A stretch of 64,000 nt of DNA from Hemiscyllium ocellatum (taxonomy: Eukaryota), in the NCBI RefSeq assembly GCF_020745735.1, contig NC_083450.1, forward strand, positions 4,667,479-4,731,478, read 5' to 3'. The first letter of the stretch is position 1. Each line of letters opens with the position of its first letter. Below are positions 26,350 to 38,770 of this stretch, in pieces. Both the position numbers and the translations under genes were made by a program. The notes below the pieces were generated by a model. The model searched no databases and had not been told where the DNA came from. It was given only the letters and a program-made list of their open reading frames with translations.

Positions 26350-27225
26350 CTCTCTTTCTAGAGCATGGAACATTACAGTACAGGCCTTCAGTCCTCGATG
26401 TTGTGCCGACCTATGAAATCAGTCTGAAGTCCATTTATCTTAACACTATTCCATTTTCATCCATCTGTTTATCCAATGACCATTTAAATGCTCTTAAAGT
26501 TGGCGAGTATACTAATGCTGCATGAAGGGTGTTCACGCCCCTACTACTCTTTGAGTAAAGAAACTACCTCTGACATCTTTCCTATATCTATCACTCCTCA
26601 ACTTAAAGCTATGTCCCCTCGTGCTAGCCATCACCATCCAAGGAAAATGTCTCTCACTGTCCACCCTATCTAACCCGCTGATGGTCTTATTTGTCATAAT
26701 TAAGTCAACCTCTCAACCCTCTTCTGTCTAACGAAATCAGCCTCAAGCCCTTCAGCATTTCCTCATAAGACCTTCCCTCCATACCAGACAACATTTTTAG
26801 AATTAATTACTTACAGTGTGGAAACAGGCCCTCCGGCCCAACAAGTCCACACCAACCTGCCGAAGCGCAACCCACCCATACATTTACCCCTTCACCTAAC
26901 ACTACAGACAATTTAGCACAGCCAATTCACCTAACCTGCACATCTTTGTACTGTGGGAGGAAACCGGAGTACCCATGGGGAACCCACCCAGACATGGGGA
27001 GAATGTGCAAACTCCACACAGTCAGTCGCCTGAGGCAGGAATTGAACCCCGGTCTCTGACGCTGTGAGGCATTAGTGTTAACCACAGTGCCACCATGCCG
27101 CCCATCTTGGGCAATCTCCTCTGAACCCTTTCCAAAGCTTCCACATTCTTCCTATAATGAGGTAACCAGAACTGCATGCAATATTCCAAGTGTGGCCACA
27201 CCAGAGTTTTGTACAGCTGCAACAT
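26350..27225 (-). mobile_element. CR1 3' fragment with a nested HE1 SINE (26805-27103)
   Basis: ORF 27022-27225 begins MLQLYKTLVWPHLEYCMQFW...ALERVQRR and runs into SINE sequence. CR1 resumes at ~26790. Confidence 0.85.
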
Positions 27226-27639
27226 CTCTCTTACTTTTAATAGAGTTATAAATACAAGATAGTATCACTATTTCCTCCTCTCTGCTACTGACTCAATGCC
27301 TACCAATTTTTCGAATTGTCATTCAGTCNNNNNNNNNNNNNNNNNNNNNNNNNNNNNNNNNNNNNNNNNNNNNNNNNNNNNNNNNNNNNNNNNNNNNNNN
27401 NNNNNNNNNNNNNNNNNNNNNNNNNNNNNNNNNNNNNNNNNNNNNNNNNNNNNNNNNNNNNNNNNNNNNNNNTCTTCTCACACACCACCCACCCCACCGC
27501 CCCCCCCCCCACCCCACCACCACCACCACCACCACCACCAAATTTACCATCTCAGAGACCATGGGCATGCCTTTAATCTAACTCTTTCTTGTGCTTGTTT
27601 CTCTCATGAGATAGAGGGTCTGGATAATAGCTGCTGAGA

Positions 27640-28225
27640 TTAGCAAGACTTGCAGAGCAATGTGCAGGGATAATGTGGTGGCACTAGAGGGGCTGCAGAG
27701 GAGATTCACCAGGGATGTGGCCTGGGATGGAGCAGTCTCCCAGAATCGTGGAATGATGCAGTGCAGATGAGGCCCTTGAGTTTGCATGGTCAAAAAATAC
27801 ATTGAGCTTTGCAGATCTATGAAAAGAGGTTGGATTGGCTCGGGTTGTTTTCTGTAGAGCAGAGCAGCTGAGACGTGTCCTAATATGAATGGTTAAGATC
27901 ATGAGGGCTATAGACAGGGTGGACAGAAAGCGGCTACATACATTAGTTGAAGGGGTAATAATGAAGGGTATTACTATTAAGATAGGAAGAAAGGCATGAG
28001 GTTTAGAGGTAATTTGAGGACCTGTTTTCACCCAGAAGATAGTAGGATATCTGAAATACACTGCCTAGGAGCGCAAGAGAGGCCAGAAACACATACCTTT
28101 TCACAACAAAGTACATGGATGAGTACTTGGGACAAAGTGACAGAAAGAAGAATTAGTGTGGATAGGTCAGTACTGCCTGGATGGGCCGAGGAGGCACTTC
28201 TGGTCTGCATGACTCTATAACGTCT
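27640..28225 (+). mobile_element. Degenerate CR1 3' fragment
   Basis: ALEGLQRRFTR-like remnant and ...GGGCCGAGGAGGC..TTCTGGTCTGCATGACTCTAT tail. Confidence 0.7.
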
Positions 28226-28906
28226 GCTCTTTCAAACGTGAGGCTTTCAGTCAGCGGTAGTTTAAGGAGAGGGATGGGAGATTATTCAGGTGGAGTGAGG
28301 TGAGGCAAACTGGAAACGAGGTTCAAGTGAGGATGAGGGGAACTGAAGAAGAGGGGAGCTGAACATGAGGGCTAAATGAAGATGAAGGATAATGCAGATA
28401 TGGGTAACTGAAGAAGAGGGGAGATGGAGATGAGGATTAACGGAAGATATGGAGAACTGAAAATTAGGGGAAATGAAGATGTGTGAAGGTAAGGGTCAAC
28501 GGCAAATGAGTGATAATGGTGTTGTGGGGAATTGAAGGTGAGGTGAGGGATGAAAATCTTATTCTCGTGAATTGGTTTCAAGCAGTTTCCAGTGTGAGAG
28601 GAGAAGAGACAGTCAAAAAGTATGGGTGGAATTCCAAATGTTCTGGCTGATGGTAGATCAAGTAATAGATTGCAAGGACAATGGGTTTAGCATCAGGATA
28701 TCAAACAGCCTTGAATTCATAAGGTGTAAATATCTGAGAGGTATCTAGAGCTGGGAAATTAATGACTGAGGGTAGTGGGTGGGGAGGAGGCGCGGGTGTA
28801 TTGCGAATGGTTTGATTCAAACTAAGGGAGAGCATTTTAACTATACTTGCCTGGGAACCAGTGTTGAGCAGAGATATACTTTGACTGGGCTATGGATTGA
28901 GCTGGA

Positions 28907-29025
28907 GAAAGTGAGGACTGCATATGCTGGAGATCAGAGCTGAAAATGTGTTGCTGGAAAAGCGCAGCAGGTCAGGCAGCATCCAAGGAGCAGGAGAGTC
29001 GACGTTTCGGGCATAAGCCCTTCTG
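28907..29025 (-). mobile_element. Penelope terminal fragment, hammerhead core truncated
   Basis: Same family as 2960 and 11410. It ends at ...GACGTTTCGGGCATAAGCCCTTCT before the CUGA core. Confidence 0.8.
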
Positions 29026-30569
29026 GATTGAGCTGCCTAGTTTTGAATCACTTTATTTGGTGGAATTTGTCAAGAGCCTACAGGACGGGGTTGAGTGTAT
29101 CAGCAGTGAGGTGGGTGATCTGCTAGGGGTAGGGATGCTGCGAACTCATTGATCAGTTCCATTGGGAACTTAAAAGATCAGCTGGGATTTTGGCCTGACC
29201 TCCGGTTGTGGACAGACAATTGCAAACACAGACGTTGAGGAAAGAAGGGAATGAATTCACTTTGCAGCTGTCAATCCGAGTTACTGGCATTGTCTGAACC
29301 TTCCCTGCAACTGCTCCGGTTGCCCTATTGTCTCCCGTGCTAAATCGCACAGCTGCATGTTTCCAGACATGATCCGCAATGTCTGATGAGCGAAAAACAA
29401 CAGAGTGGTTGCATTATATTTTATTCTTCTGTGGGATGTGGCTGGGTTAGCATTTATTCCCAGAGGGCAGTTAGTGTCAACCACATTGCTGTGGGTTTGA
29501 AGACAGGTGTAAACCAGACGAGGTAAGGTCAACAGATTTTCTTTCTTAAAGTTTATTAGTGAAACAGATATTTCTTTTTCAAGCAATTATTATTACATGA
29601 TCTTCATTAAACTCTAATCCCAGGTTATTTTTTATTGAATTCAAGTCATCATCTGTTGTAGCAGGATTTGAACATGAATTGCCCACATCATTAGGCTTTA
29701 TATTTAAATGTCATTCATCCAGCCTCAGAATAGCAACTTGACTTTCTTGAGCAGCCCCAATGTACATTTTCAGTTGTCAGTTGGTGTTTTACATCTAAAG
29801 TAGAGAGGCATTCTTCTCACACAAAAGATAATGTATCTTGAACAATATCAATAGACTTTATCGGTGTCATATTTAGTTTCCACTTTTGGGCAGCAAATTG
29901 ATCAAAGATTAAGCTAATTATGAACCAGACACATCAGTCGCTGGCTGCCAAAATCAGGACATAGATGATACTGCCCACATGGGTGAGGTCGAGCACAGAC
30001 ATTGAGAAATAATAAATGATGATTTGCCTCAGCATAACGTCAGTCATAATGACAAGTATTCTGGAGTTGTCAGGTAACGAATGATGCAGTTGAGAGGCCA
30101 CACATTCCTCACAGAAGGATAATAATTACCATTAAAAACCTGCAAGAGAGAGAGAGAAGCAGAAAATAAAACGCTGAAAGATATTCAGCAAACCTTAATG
30201 ATGTCTGTTCTCCATGAAGAGAATCCTAGTAATTTCACAAAAAAGCCAATTTTTAACTGACCACATTATCAAATACTGTGTATATGGGTTTCAGTGATGG
30301 TATGATGTTAGGTATATGTCCCACAGACTGGTAGACCATATCATACAACCCATCTCATTGACTTTTTCAGAGGGTGGGACAAAGCAGGACTCTGTACTGG
30401 ACAAAGAAGAATGCATATGTAAGAGAGAGGGGATGTCTGTGAAACAGCGACCTTGCCTGTGAGAGACATATCATTGTGTGGGAGAGACTGTGAGTGCGTG
30501 TGAGAGAGTGCAAGCAAGAATATGTGTGGTGACAGAGACAGATTGTGAGAGCATGTGTACATAGAGCAT

Positions 30570-33500
30570 GAGCAAGTCGGATCAGAAGTCCCCTATGGTG
30601 TATTGCCTGCCTGGTGCCAGGGTGCAGGACATCCCTGACTGGCTTGAAGGGATACTGGAGCAGGAGGGGGAGGATCCAATTGTTGTGGTCCACGCTGGTA
30701 CTAACAACATAGGCAAGGGTAAGATGGAGGACCTGTTTGGGGGTTAACAAGCACTAGGAATGAAATTAAGGAACAGGTCCTCAAGGGCCATAATCTCCGG
30801 ATTACTGTTGGAGCCATGTGCAAATTGGCTTAGAGACAAGAAAATTAGGGAAGCGAACATGTGGCTAAGGGAGTAGTATGGGAAAGAGGGATTCCATTTC
30901 ATGGGGCATTGGCGTCAATTTTGGAAATGAAGGGGATCTGTACCAGTGAGACAGTCTCCAGCTGAAGCGATCTCGACCAGCGTTCTAGCGAAAAGGATAA
31001 ATAGAGTAGTCACCACGACTTTAAACTCGCGAATCGGGGGAAGGGAAAGGGAGTGCAACAGGATGTATGGTGATAATGAAAAGGTAAGCAGCAGGTTAAC
31101 ATGAATGCAGATGTGAATAAGTTCAAGGCAGACTATGAAAGAAGCAAAAATGAAGGATAACTCAGGAGATATTAGAGATGTTATGAATCATGACGGTAAG
31201 AAAGCTAGCATAAAGGCACTTCACCTGAATGCTCATAGCACTTGTAACAAGGTTGATGAGTTAACAGCACAAATCATTGTCAGTCAATAAGATTTGATAG
31301 CCATCACGGAGACATGGTTGCAGAATGGTCACGGCTGGGAATTAAATATCCCAGACTATGTGGAAAGACAGACAGGAATGCAAGGGAGGTGGTGTAGCTC
31401 TGATATTCAAGGACAACATCAGGACGATGCTGAGAGATGACATAGGTGCTATGGAGCATGAGGCTGAATCCATTTGGGTGGAAAAGAGGACTTCCAAGAA
31501 GATTAAGTCACTGATAGGCATAGTCGATAGGCCATCAAATAATAACATCACATTGTGATGGGAAATAAACAAGGAAAAACTAATGCATGCAAAAATGCTA
31601 CAGCTATTATCATTAGCGGTTTTAATCTGCATGTAGATTGGCTGAACAGGGCAGCCTTGAGGAAGATTTTGTTGAGTGTATCTGTGATAGTTTTCTTGAA
31701 CAGCATGCAATGGAACTGATGAGGGAGCAAGCTATCCTAGATCTGGTCCGATGTAATGACCTCATAGTCAGGGGCCATCTTGGAAGGAGTGATCACAGTT
31801 TGGTTGAATTTTAAAATACAGCTGGATGGTGTGAAGATAAAATTCAATACCAGGGTGCTGTGCTTGAATAAGGGGGACAATGATAGAATGAGGGAGGACC
31901 TGGCTAAAGTAGACTAGAAAGAGAGGCTTTAGTTGATGATCAGTGGATGACTTTCGAAGAAATTTTTCAAAGTGCTCAGCAAAAGTATATTCCAGTGTGA
32001 AGGAAGGACTGCAGGAGGAGGGGTAACCTGCCATGGGTGTCGGGGGCAATATGGCAGATTATCAAAGTGAAAGTAAAGGCATACAAAGTGGCCAAAACAT
32101 CAGAAATCTCGAAGATTAGGAAAACTTTAAAGGTCAACAGAAAGCCACAAAAAGAGCTATAAAGAAAAGTAAAATAGAGTTCGAGAAATAAACTAGCATA
32201 GAATATAAAGACGGACAGTAAAAGTTTCTATAGGTATATAAAACGAAGAGTGGCTAGAATTGGTCTTTAAGAGAATGAGAAGGGGCAGTATGTTGTGGGA
32301 TATGATGAAATGGGCTGAGGCATTGAGCAGGTACTTTGCATTGATCTTCATAGTGGAAGATACTAATGATATGCCAAGAGGTGAAGTTAGATGAGGAGCT
32401 GGAAACCATTATTTCTACAGAAGAGTTAGTGTTGGGTAAGCTAAATGAGTTAAGGATGGATAAGTCCCCTGGTCCTGATGGAATGCATTCCAGTGTACTA
32501 AAAGAGATGGTGGACTGGCGATAATGTTCCAAAATTCACTGGACTCTGGGGCAGTCCAGCAGGTTGGAAAATAGCAAATGTGATGCCACTATTCACAAAG
32601 GGATGTAGACAAAAGCTGGGGAATTATAGACCAGTGAGGCTTAGCCTCAGTAGTGGGGAAGATGCTCGAGTCTATTATCAATGAAGAAATAGCAGGGCAT
32701 CTCAAAATAAATTGTCCCATTTAACAGACGCAGTATGGATTCATGAAGGGTAAGTCATGTTTCACAAATCTTTTGGAATTCTATGAAGACATTACAAGCA
32801 AGGTGAACAATGGGGTTCCAGTAGATGTGGTGTACCTAGATTTCCAAAAGGCCTTTGACAAGATGCCGCACATGAGGCTGCTGCATAAGATGGTGTTAGG
32901 GACAGAGTATTGGCGTGGATAGAGGATTGGTTGACTGACAGGAAGCAAAGTGTGGGGGTAATGGTGTACTATTTTGGCTGGCATTCATTGACTAGTGGTG
33001 TGTCTCAGGAATCGGTGTTGGGACCACAATTATTTGCAGTTTATATTGATGATTTGAAGTTGGGGACCACATGTTCAGTGTCAAAATTTGCCGATGACAC
33101 TAAAATGAATGGCAGAGCAAAGTGTGCAGGGCATTGTGAAACTTTGCAGAGGAACATAGATACATTGAGCGAGTGGGCAAAGGTGTGGCAGATGGAAGAC
33201 AATGTTAGTAAATGTGAAGTCCTTTTGGTGGGAGTAATAACAAAATAGAAGATTACGTGAATGGTCAAACGTTGCAGCATGCTGATTTGCAGAGGGATCT
33301 GGGTGTCCTTGTGCATGTATCGTAGAGGGTTGGTCTGCAGGTATAACAAGCAATTAGGAAGGCAAGTGGAATTTTGTCCTTCATTGCTGGATGGGTCGAA
33401 TTTAAAAGCAGAGAGGTAATGTTACAGCTGTACAAAATGCTGGTGAAGCCACATCTGGAATACTGTGTGCAGATTTGGTCTCCTTATTTAAGTAAAAATA

Positions 33501-34018
33501 TACTAGCACTGAGCGAGTGCAGAGGAGGTTCACTAGGTTGATTCCAGAGTTGAGGGGGTTGCCTTAGGGGGAGACGTTGAGTAGATTGGGATTATATTCA
33601 TTAGAATTCAAAAGAATGAGGTGGGGGGGGAGATCTTATACAAACATATGAAATTATGAAGGGAGTCGATAAAATAGAAATAGATTGGATGTTTTCACTG
33701 GTAGATGAGACAAGGATAAGAGGGCATGGCCTCAAGGTTAGAGGAAGCAGGTTTAGAAATGAACTGAGAAGGACTTCTTCACCCAGAGGGTTGTGAATCT
33801 ATGGAATTCCTTGCCCAGGGAAGTAGCTGAGGCTACTTCAGTAATCACTTTTAAAGCTAAGGTAGATACTTTTTATTTGGAAAATAAAGGAATTAAGGGA
33901 TATGGTGAAATGTGTGTAAGTGGAGTTGAGTCTACAAAAAGATTTGCCATGGTCTTATTGAGTGACGGAGCAGTCTCAAAGGGCCGGGCATCTTACTCCT
34001 GCTCCCAGTTCTTATGTG
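30570..34018 (+). mobile_element. Long degenerate CR1 LINE with ORF1 SGNH-esterase remnant, endonuclease, RT and 3' UTR
   Basis: From 30595: MVYCLPGARVQDIPDWLEGILEQEGEDPIVVVHAGTNNIGKG. APE remnants ~31200-31800 (AITETWLQ). DKSPGPDG at ~32460. YLDFQKAFDK at ~32830. GV.Q.SVLGP.LF.V.IDD and KFADDTK at ~33000-33100. Many stops and frameshifts. Confidence 0.9.
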
Positions 34019-34224
34019 TGTGAGAGAGAGAGAGACATTGTTAATGATCTTGCTCGCCTTTTCAAAATAGTTGGTTGTACTTTCCACTGCAGTTATAGAT
34101 TGTCCATACACTCTGCCTGAGGTGAATTCGTTCATAAGTTTTCTTTCCAAACTATATAAAATGGTTTCAAACTTCAACAAAGTCGACACCGGTTTATCTA
34201 AAAGTGGCGTCAAATACTTCTCAT

Positions 34225-34370
34225 CTCTCTGGAAAAAAAAGGACTGCGGACGCTGGAATCAGAAACAAAAGCAGAATTTGCTAAGAAAACCCAGCAGTTC
34301 TGGGAACATCTGTGAAAAGGGGAAGCAGTGTTAACGTTTCAGGTTCAGCAACCCTTCTTCAGAACTGGTT
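34225..34370 (-). mobile_element. Penelope terminal fragment (second family) with a hammerhead motif at 34328-34366
   Basis: Minus strand: GTT CTGAAGA AGGGTTGCTGAACCT GAAA CGTT AAC. Confidence 0.75.
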
Positions 34371-34581
34371 CTTGCAAGAAAAGGCTGGTGCACTCGCTGG
34401 GTGGGTCGGGGGAAGGTGAGAGAAGGAAATGAGATGAAGCCCACCTCTCTAATCTCTGCACTGAACCTGTGTCTGTACTGATGCCGTTATCGTGATGGGA
34501 GCTGTGAGATCCTGCCCTCCCTTATAGTAGTAAATTCTTCAGTGTATTTCTGCAGGCTGCCGGTTGCGGTAGCGTCCGTCT

Positions 34582-34596
34582 GCCAGCAGATGGTAG
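34582..34596 (+). promoter_or_regulatory. CTCF-like motif (one mismatch)
   Basis: GCCAGCAGATGGTAG versus consensus CCAGCAGATGGCAG, in a locally CpG-containing stretch. Confidence 0.4.
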
Positions 34597-35049
34597 TATT
34601 GTATCACTTTGTTCTGAAGAAGTGTCACTCAGTTAACTTTGTTTTCTGCTGCAAATGTGTTGCTGGTCAAAGCACAGCAGGATCTCTCCACAGATGCTGC
34701 CAAACCTGCTGGGTTTTCCAAACAATTTCTATGCTTTTTTTTTCGGTTTATAATTTCCAGCATCCAGCGTTCTTTGCTCAGCTATAATCACAGAAACAAG
34801 CATTGACCGCCTGCGCCCATTCGCCTCTAAAGCAGCCTGAGATGAGTTAGGCATTTTCAAATCTGCTGTGCGATGTTTTGAGAGAGTTTTTGAGCTCACG
34901 ACAGTTGGATTGTGGGAAAGAGCTGGGGTTTGGGGTTGAGGGAGATGCAAAAAGTAAGAATCGGTTTCCCAACTGAGGCAAAATCACATTAAAAGTGCAA
35001 TTGGCTTTCGCCATTCTTAACTGGGAATTCGCCCCCTCCCTCCAACGCC

Positions 35050-35650
35050 GCGGTCTGTGTCTCTCTGCTGAGGGGGGACAGGGAGGGGCTGGGGTGAGCA
35101 GAGAAGGAGAGGGGCGTGGAGAGATGAGGACTTAGGGAGAGGAGGGGAGGAATGTGGGCTGGGGAGAGAAAGCAAAAGGGTGAGGGAGAGGCTTGAGAGA
35201 GAGGGATGGAGAGATGAAGGGAGAGATGGGGATCGGAAGGGACTGGGAGGCGATAGGGAGACGAGGGGAGGGGGTGGGGTTGGGAGGGGAAAGTGCCGGG
35301 AGAGATGGAGAAGTGGGAGGCGGGGTAGGAAGAGAGAGAGAGAGAGGGGGGAGTTGGGATGAGATGAGGATAGAAGGAGAGGGGAGGGATTGGATGAGGA
35401 GAGATGGGGAGGGAATGGTGAGAGAGGCGGAGTTACATTGAGGAGAGTAAGAAGGGGGTGGGGTGGGGGGTGGGGAGAGAATAGAGAGCTAGTGAAGGGA
35501 GAAGTCAAGCGGATGGGGTGAGATAGGAAGAGATGAGGAAGAGATATGGAGAGGACGGAAAGGAGATCGAGGTGGCGAGAGCATGAGAGAGGGTGGGAAG
35601 AGGAGAGGAGGGACAGGAAGGGAGGAAGAGGAGGAAGATACAGTGAATAC
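35050..35650. repeat. Homopurine (GA/GGA-rich) low-complexity tract
   Basis: About 600 bp that is predominantly A/G on the + strand. The overlapping ORFs are compositional artefacts. Confidence 0.9.
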
Positions 35651-36099
35651 ATTGAACTGACCCGATAATCTGAAAGGCTGATTGAAAGTCTGTAAAGTGA
35701 AGGTAGGGCTCCCTGTAGCAGAGGGTGAGCAGGGACAGCGCTGGGGTGAAGTGGAGGGGGAGAGGTGTGGAGGCTGATGACACGTTGTCTGAGGCTAGCC
35801 TGGATGGAAAGTTGAGGGGGTTGTGGGTTGTGGAGGTGGAGGGCTGAGCTGGGAGGGGCTCGGTTGTGAGGAGTTGTTTGTCAGTGTAATGGAATCACTG
35901 AGATGAAATGCCTCCTCCCTCCGACAGCGAGGAGGCGGTGATGGTACCTCGTAGCATTTCCGGTTGGTCCAGTTGTTCATGTGCAGGCGCTGAGCGGAGA
36001 GCGTGTGAAGTCACACTCTGGGGCCGAGTGTGAAAGTCTCAGGCCGCCCACGGTGCAGGGAGCTCGGCACAGGGCAGGCTGGTGTTCCATGACCTCATT

Positions 36100-37250
36100 T
36101 ACAGTGCTGCCCGCAACACCACCTCGCCCCCCCAACATACACATATGCACACACACACACACACACACAGCTCTCCCCCCACTCCCATTCTTCTGCCCCA
36201 CACACCCCTCTGCCCATCCCCTCTCCCACACACATATACCTCTCCCTCCATTCCTCTCCCCAGACACCCCTTACCCATTCCTGTCCCCACACCCTCCCCC
36301 TCAGACACACCTCAGATCACAGAAGTGCTTCACAGGAGGCTCCCAAGCACTGAGGATGTCACCCAGACAGGAGACGAAACGTCTGCAACACAAATTCCCA
36401 GCTCGGCGAACAGAACCACAACAAGGAGCACCCGAGCTACAAATCTCCCAAACTTTAGACACACCTCTCCCCCACACGCCCCCTCCCCATCCCCTATCCC
36501 ACACCCACATACCTCCCTCCATTCCTCTCCCCCATAAACCCCTCTCTGCATCTCCTCACCACTAACACACCTCTCCCCCATTCCTGTCCCTCACACATCC
36601 CCTCCCCATCCTCTCCCACAAATGCACACACACAAACACACCCCTTCCCCATTCCTCTCCCCCACACACCTCTCTCCCACAAACACGCACACAAACACAC
36701 CCCTTCCCCACTCCTCTCCCACAAACACACACACAAACGCACCCCTTCCCCATTCCTCTCCCCCACACACCCTTATCCCCATCCCCTCCCTCACATACCA
36801 CACCTCACCCCCCCATATCTCTTCCCAAAACACCCCACTCTCCATATCCTCCCCTACGTACACACCTCGACTCCATATCTCTCCCCCCACAGACTCCACT
36901 CCCCATCCCCTCCCACACGCACACCTCACCCTCATACCACTCCCTCATACAGCTCTCTTCCCAGTCTCTCCCCCACAGACACACACCTCTTTCCCATATA
37001 TCTGTCCCACATTCCCCTCTCCCCATCTGCTCCCCACACACTCACCTCTCCTCTATACCTCTCTCCCACATACCCCTCTTCCCATCCCCAACCCCACCCA
37101 CACTTCTCCCCATATCTCTCGGCCATACACCCTTCTCCCAGCTCCACCCCCCCCCCCCCCCACGCACACGCCTCTCCTATCTTTCCCCTACACACGACTC
37201 TTCCATCACCCCCCTTTCCCCTATGCACCTTTCACCCACTCTCTTCCCCC
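36100..37250. repeat. C/CA-rich low-complexity tract containing a Penelope 3' end (36310-36460)
   Basis: CCCCACACAC/CTCTCCCC repeats. GCA CTGAGGA TGTCACC CAGACA GGAGAC GAAA CGTC TGC at 36347-36388. Confidence 0.85.
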
Positions 37251-37255
37251 ACTGG

Positions 37256-37822
37256 GGTGATGCTGCCCCTTTTAACAAGGTTAGGTTGTCCATAAAAGTA
37301 GAGGTGCAGCTTTGTCTGGAAATTGTTACTTTGAACAATAGCAGGGGGGTCGCCAGTTCTACCAGTTCAGGTCTTTATCTCTCTCTCTCTCTCTCTAGTT
37401 TGGATACTGTACCAAGCAGTCAGGAAACTGCTGGAGAACTAGACAAGCAGTTACAGTGAAAAGAGGTTCCATGCTTCAACAGATGTTTCTTGCCTGAACT
37501 TTCTCGCTGAAATCTCTCCTGCCTGTAAGATCCTGTTTTTGAGTTTACTGTTCCCATGAGATGTGTTTACGGAAAGTTGCAGGGCATTGGAACAGCTCCT
37601 TCGTTAAGTTGCGATATAATTGGTTGGGTTATCAACTAAGTTAAATTATTCTAAGTTCTGTTTTCTGTTGCTCGTGTTTCATATGTAATGTTAAATAAGT
37701 TTTGTTTTTAAAGCTGCATTACTCCTGGAATATCCACCTTATATCTACCTTTTAAAAATATCAGTTAGGGTCTGGCCTACCTTCTTAAAATACTTTACTG
37801 GGGTCTGGCCTGGTCCATAACA
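37256..37822 (+). mobile_element. Solo LTR (gypsy/Gmr1-type family)
   Basis: Ends GTTAGGGTCTGGCCTACCTTCTTAAAA...GGTCTGGCCTGGTCCATAACA, the reverse complement of the start of the 8906 and 14959 copies. The 5' boundary is approximate. Confidence 0.7.
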
Positions 37823-37829
37823 CCATTTC

Positions 37830-38770
37830 CGCCCCCCCTACACACACACACACCACAGACCCCACCCCTCCTCCTGCACATACACCACTCCATCACCCTC
37901 TTCCCCATACACACGCCTCTCCCCCACACTCACCCCTACACACACATCTCTCTCCCACATAGATACCTCTCCCCGCATTCTCTCCCCATACACACACCTC
38001 TCCCCCACCCTCTCCCCCTCACACACATCTCTTTCCCACACAGACACCTCTCCCCCCACTCTCTCCCCATACACACACCTCTCCCCCTCACACACATCTC
38101 TCTCCCACACAGACATCTCTCCCCCCACTCTCTTCCCATGCTCACACCTCTCCCCCACCCCTTTCCCCCACAATCGCCCCCATACACACACCTCTCCCCC
38201 ATCCTCTCCCCCTCACACACATCTCTCTCCCACACAGACATCTCTCCCCCCACTCTCTTCCCATACTCACACCTCTCCCCCACCCCTTTCTCCTACAATC
38301 GCCCCCATACACACACCTCTCCCCACCCTCTCCCCCTCACACACACCTCTTTCCCACACAGACCACCTCTCCCCCACTCTCTCCCCATACATACACCTCT
38401 CCCCACCCCTTTCCCTCACAATCGCCCCCATACACACACCTCTCCCCCTCACACACATCTCTTTCCCACACAGACACTTTTCCCCCACTCTCTCCCCATA
38501 CGTACACCTCTCCCCCACCCCTTTGCCCCACAATCGCCCCCTCCCACCCCCTTCTCCACACACAACTCTCCCAGCCACTTCCACACACACACACACACCT
38601 CCCACCACATTCTACTACACATCTCTTTCCCACTCTCTGCCTTATACAGACAAATCTCCCCCACACCTTTCCCTCACCACACCCGCCCACACACGCACAA
38701 CTCTACCCTTCCCACTCTCACACACTCGTAGATCTCCCCCAACCCTTTCCCTCACTAACCCCCACAAACA
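37830..38770. repeat. C/A-rich degenerate minisatellite
   Basis: Recurrent CACACACCTCTCCCCC / CTCTCTCCCACACAGACA / CCCCACAATCGCCCCC units. Confidence 0.85.

Noticed and set aside
35870-36120. CpG-rich unique island; minus frame ...QRLHMNNWTNRKCYE| before a GT
   Set aside because: An in-frame stop lies just upstream, there is no acceptor on that strand, and I recognise no family. It could still be regulatory.
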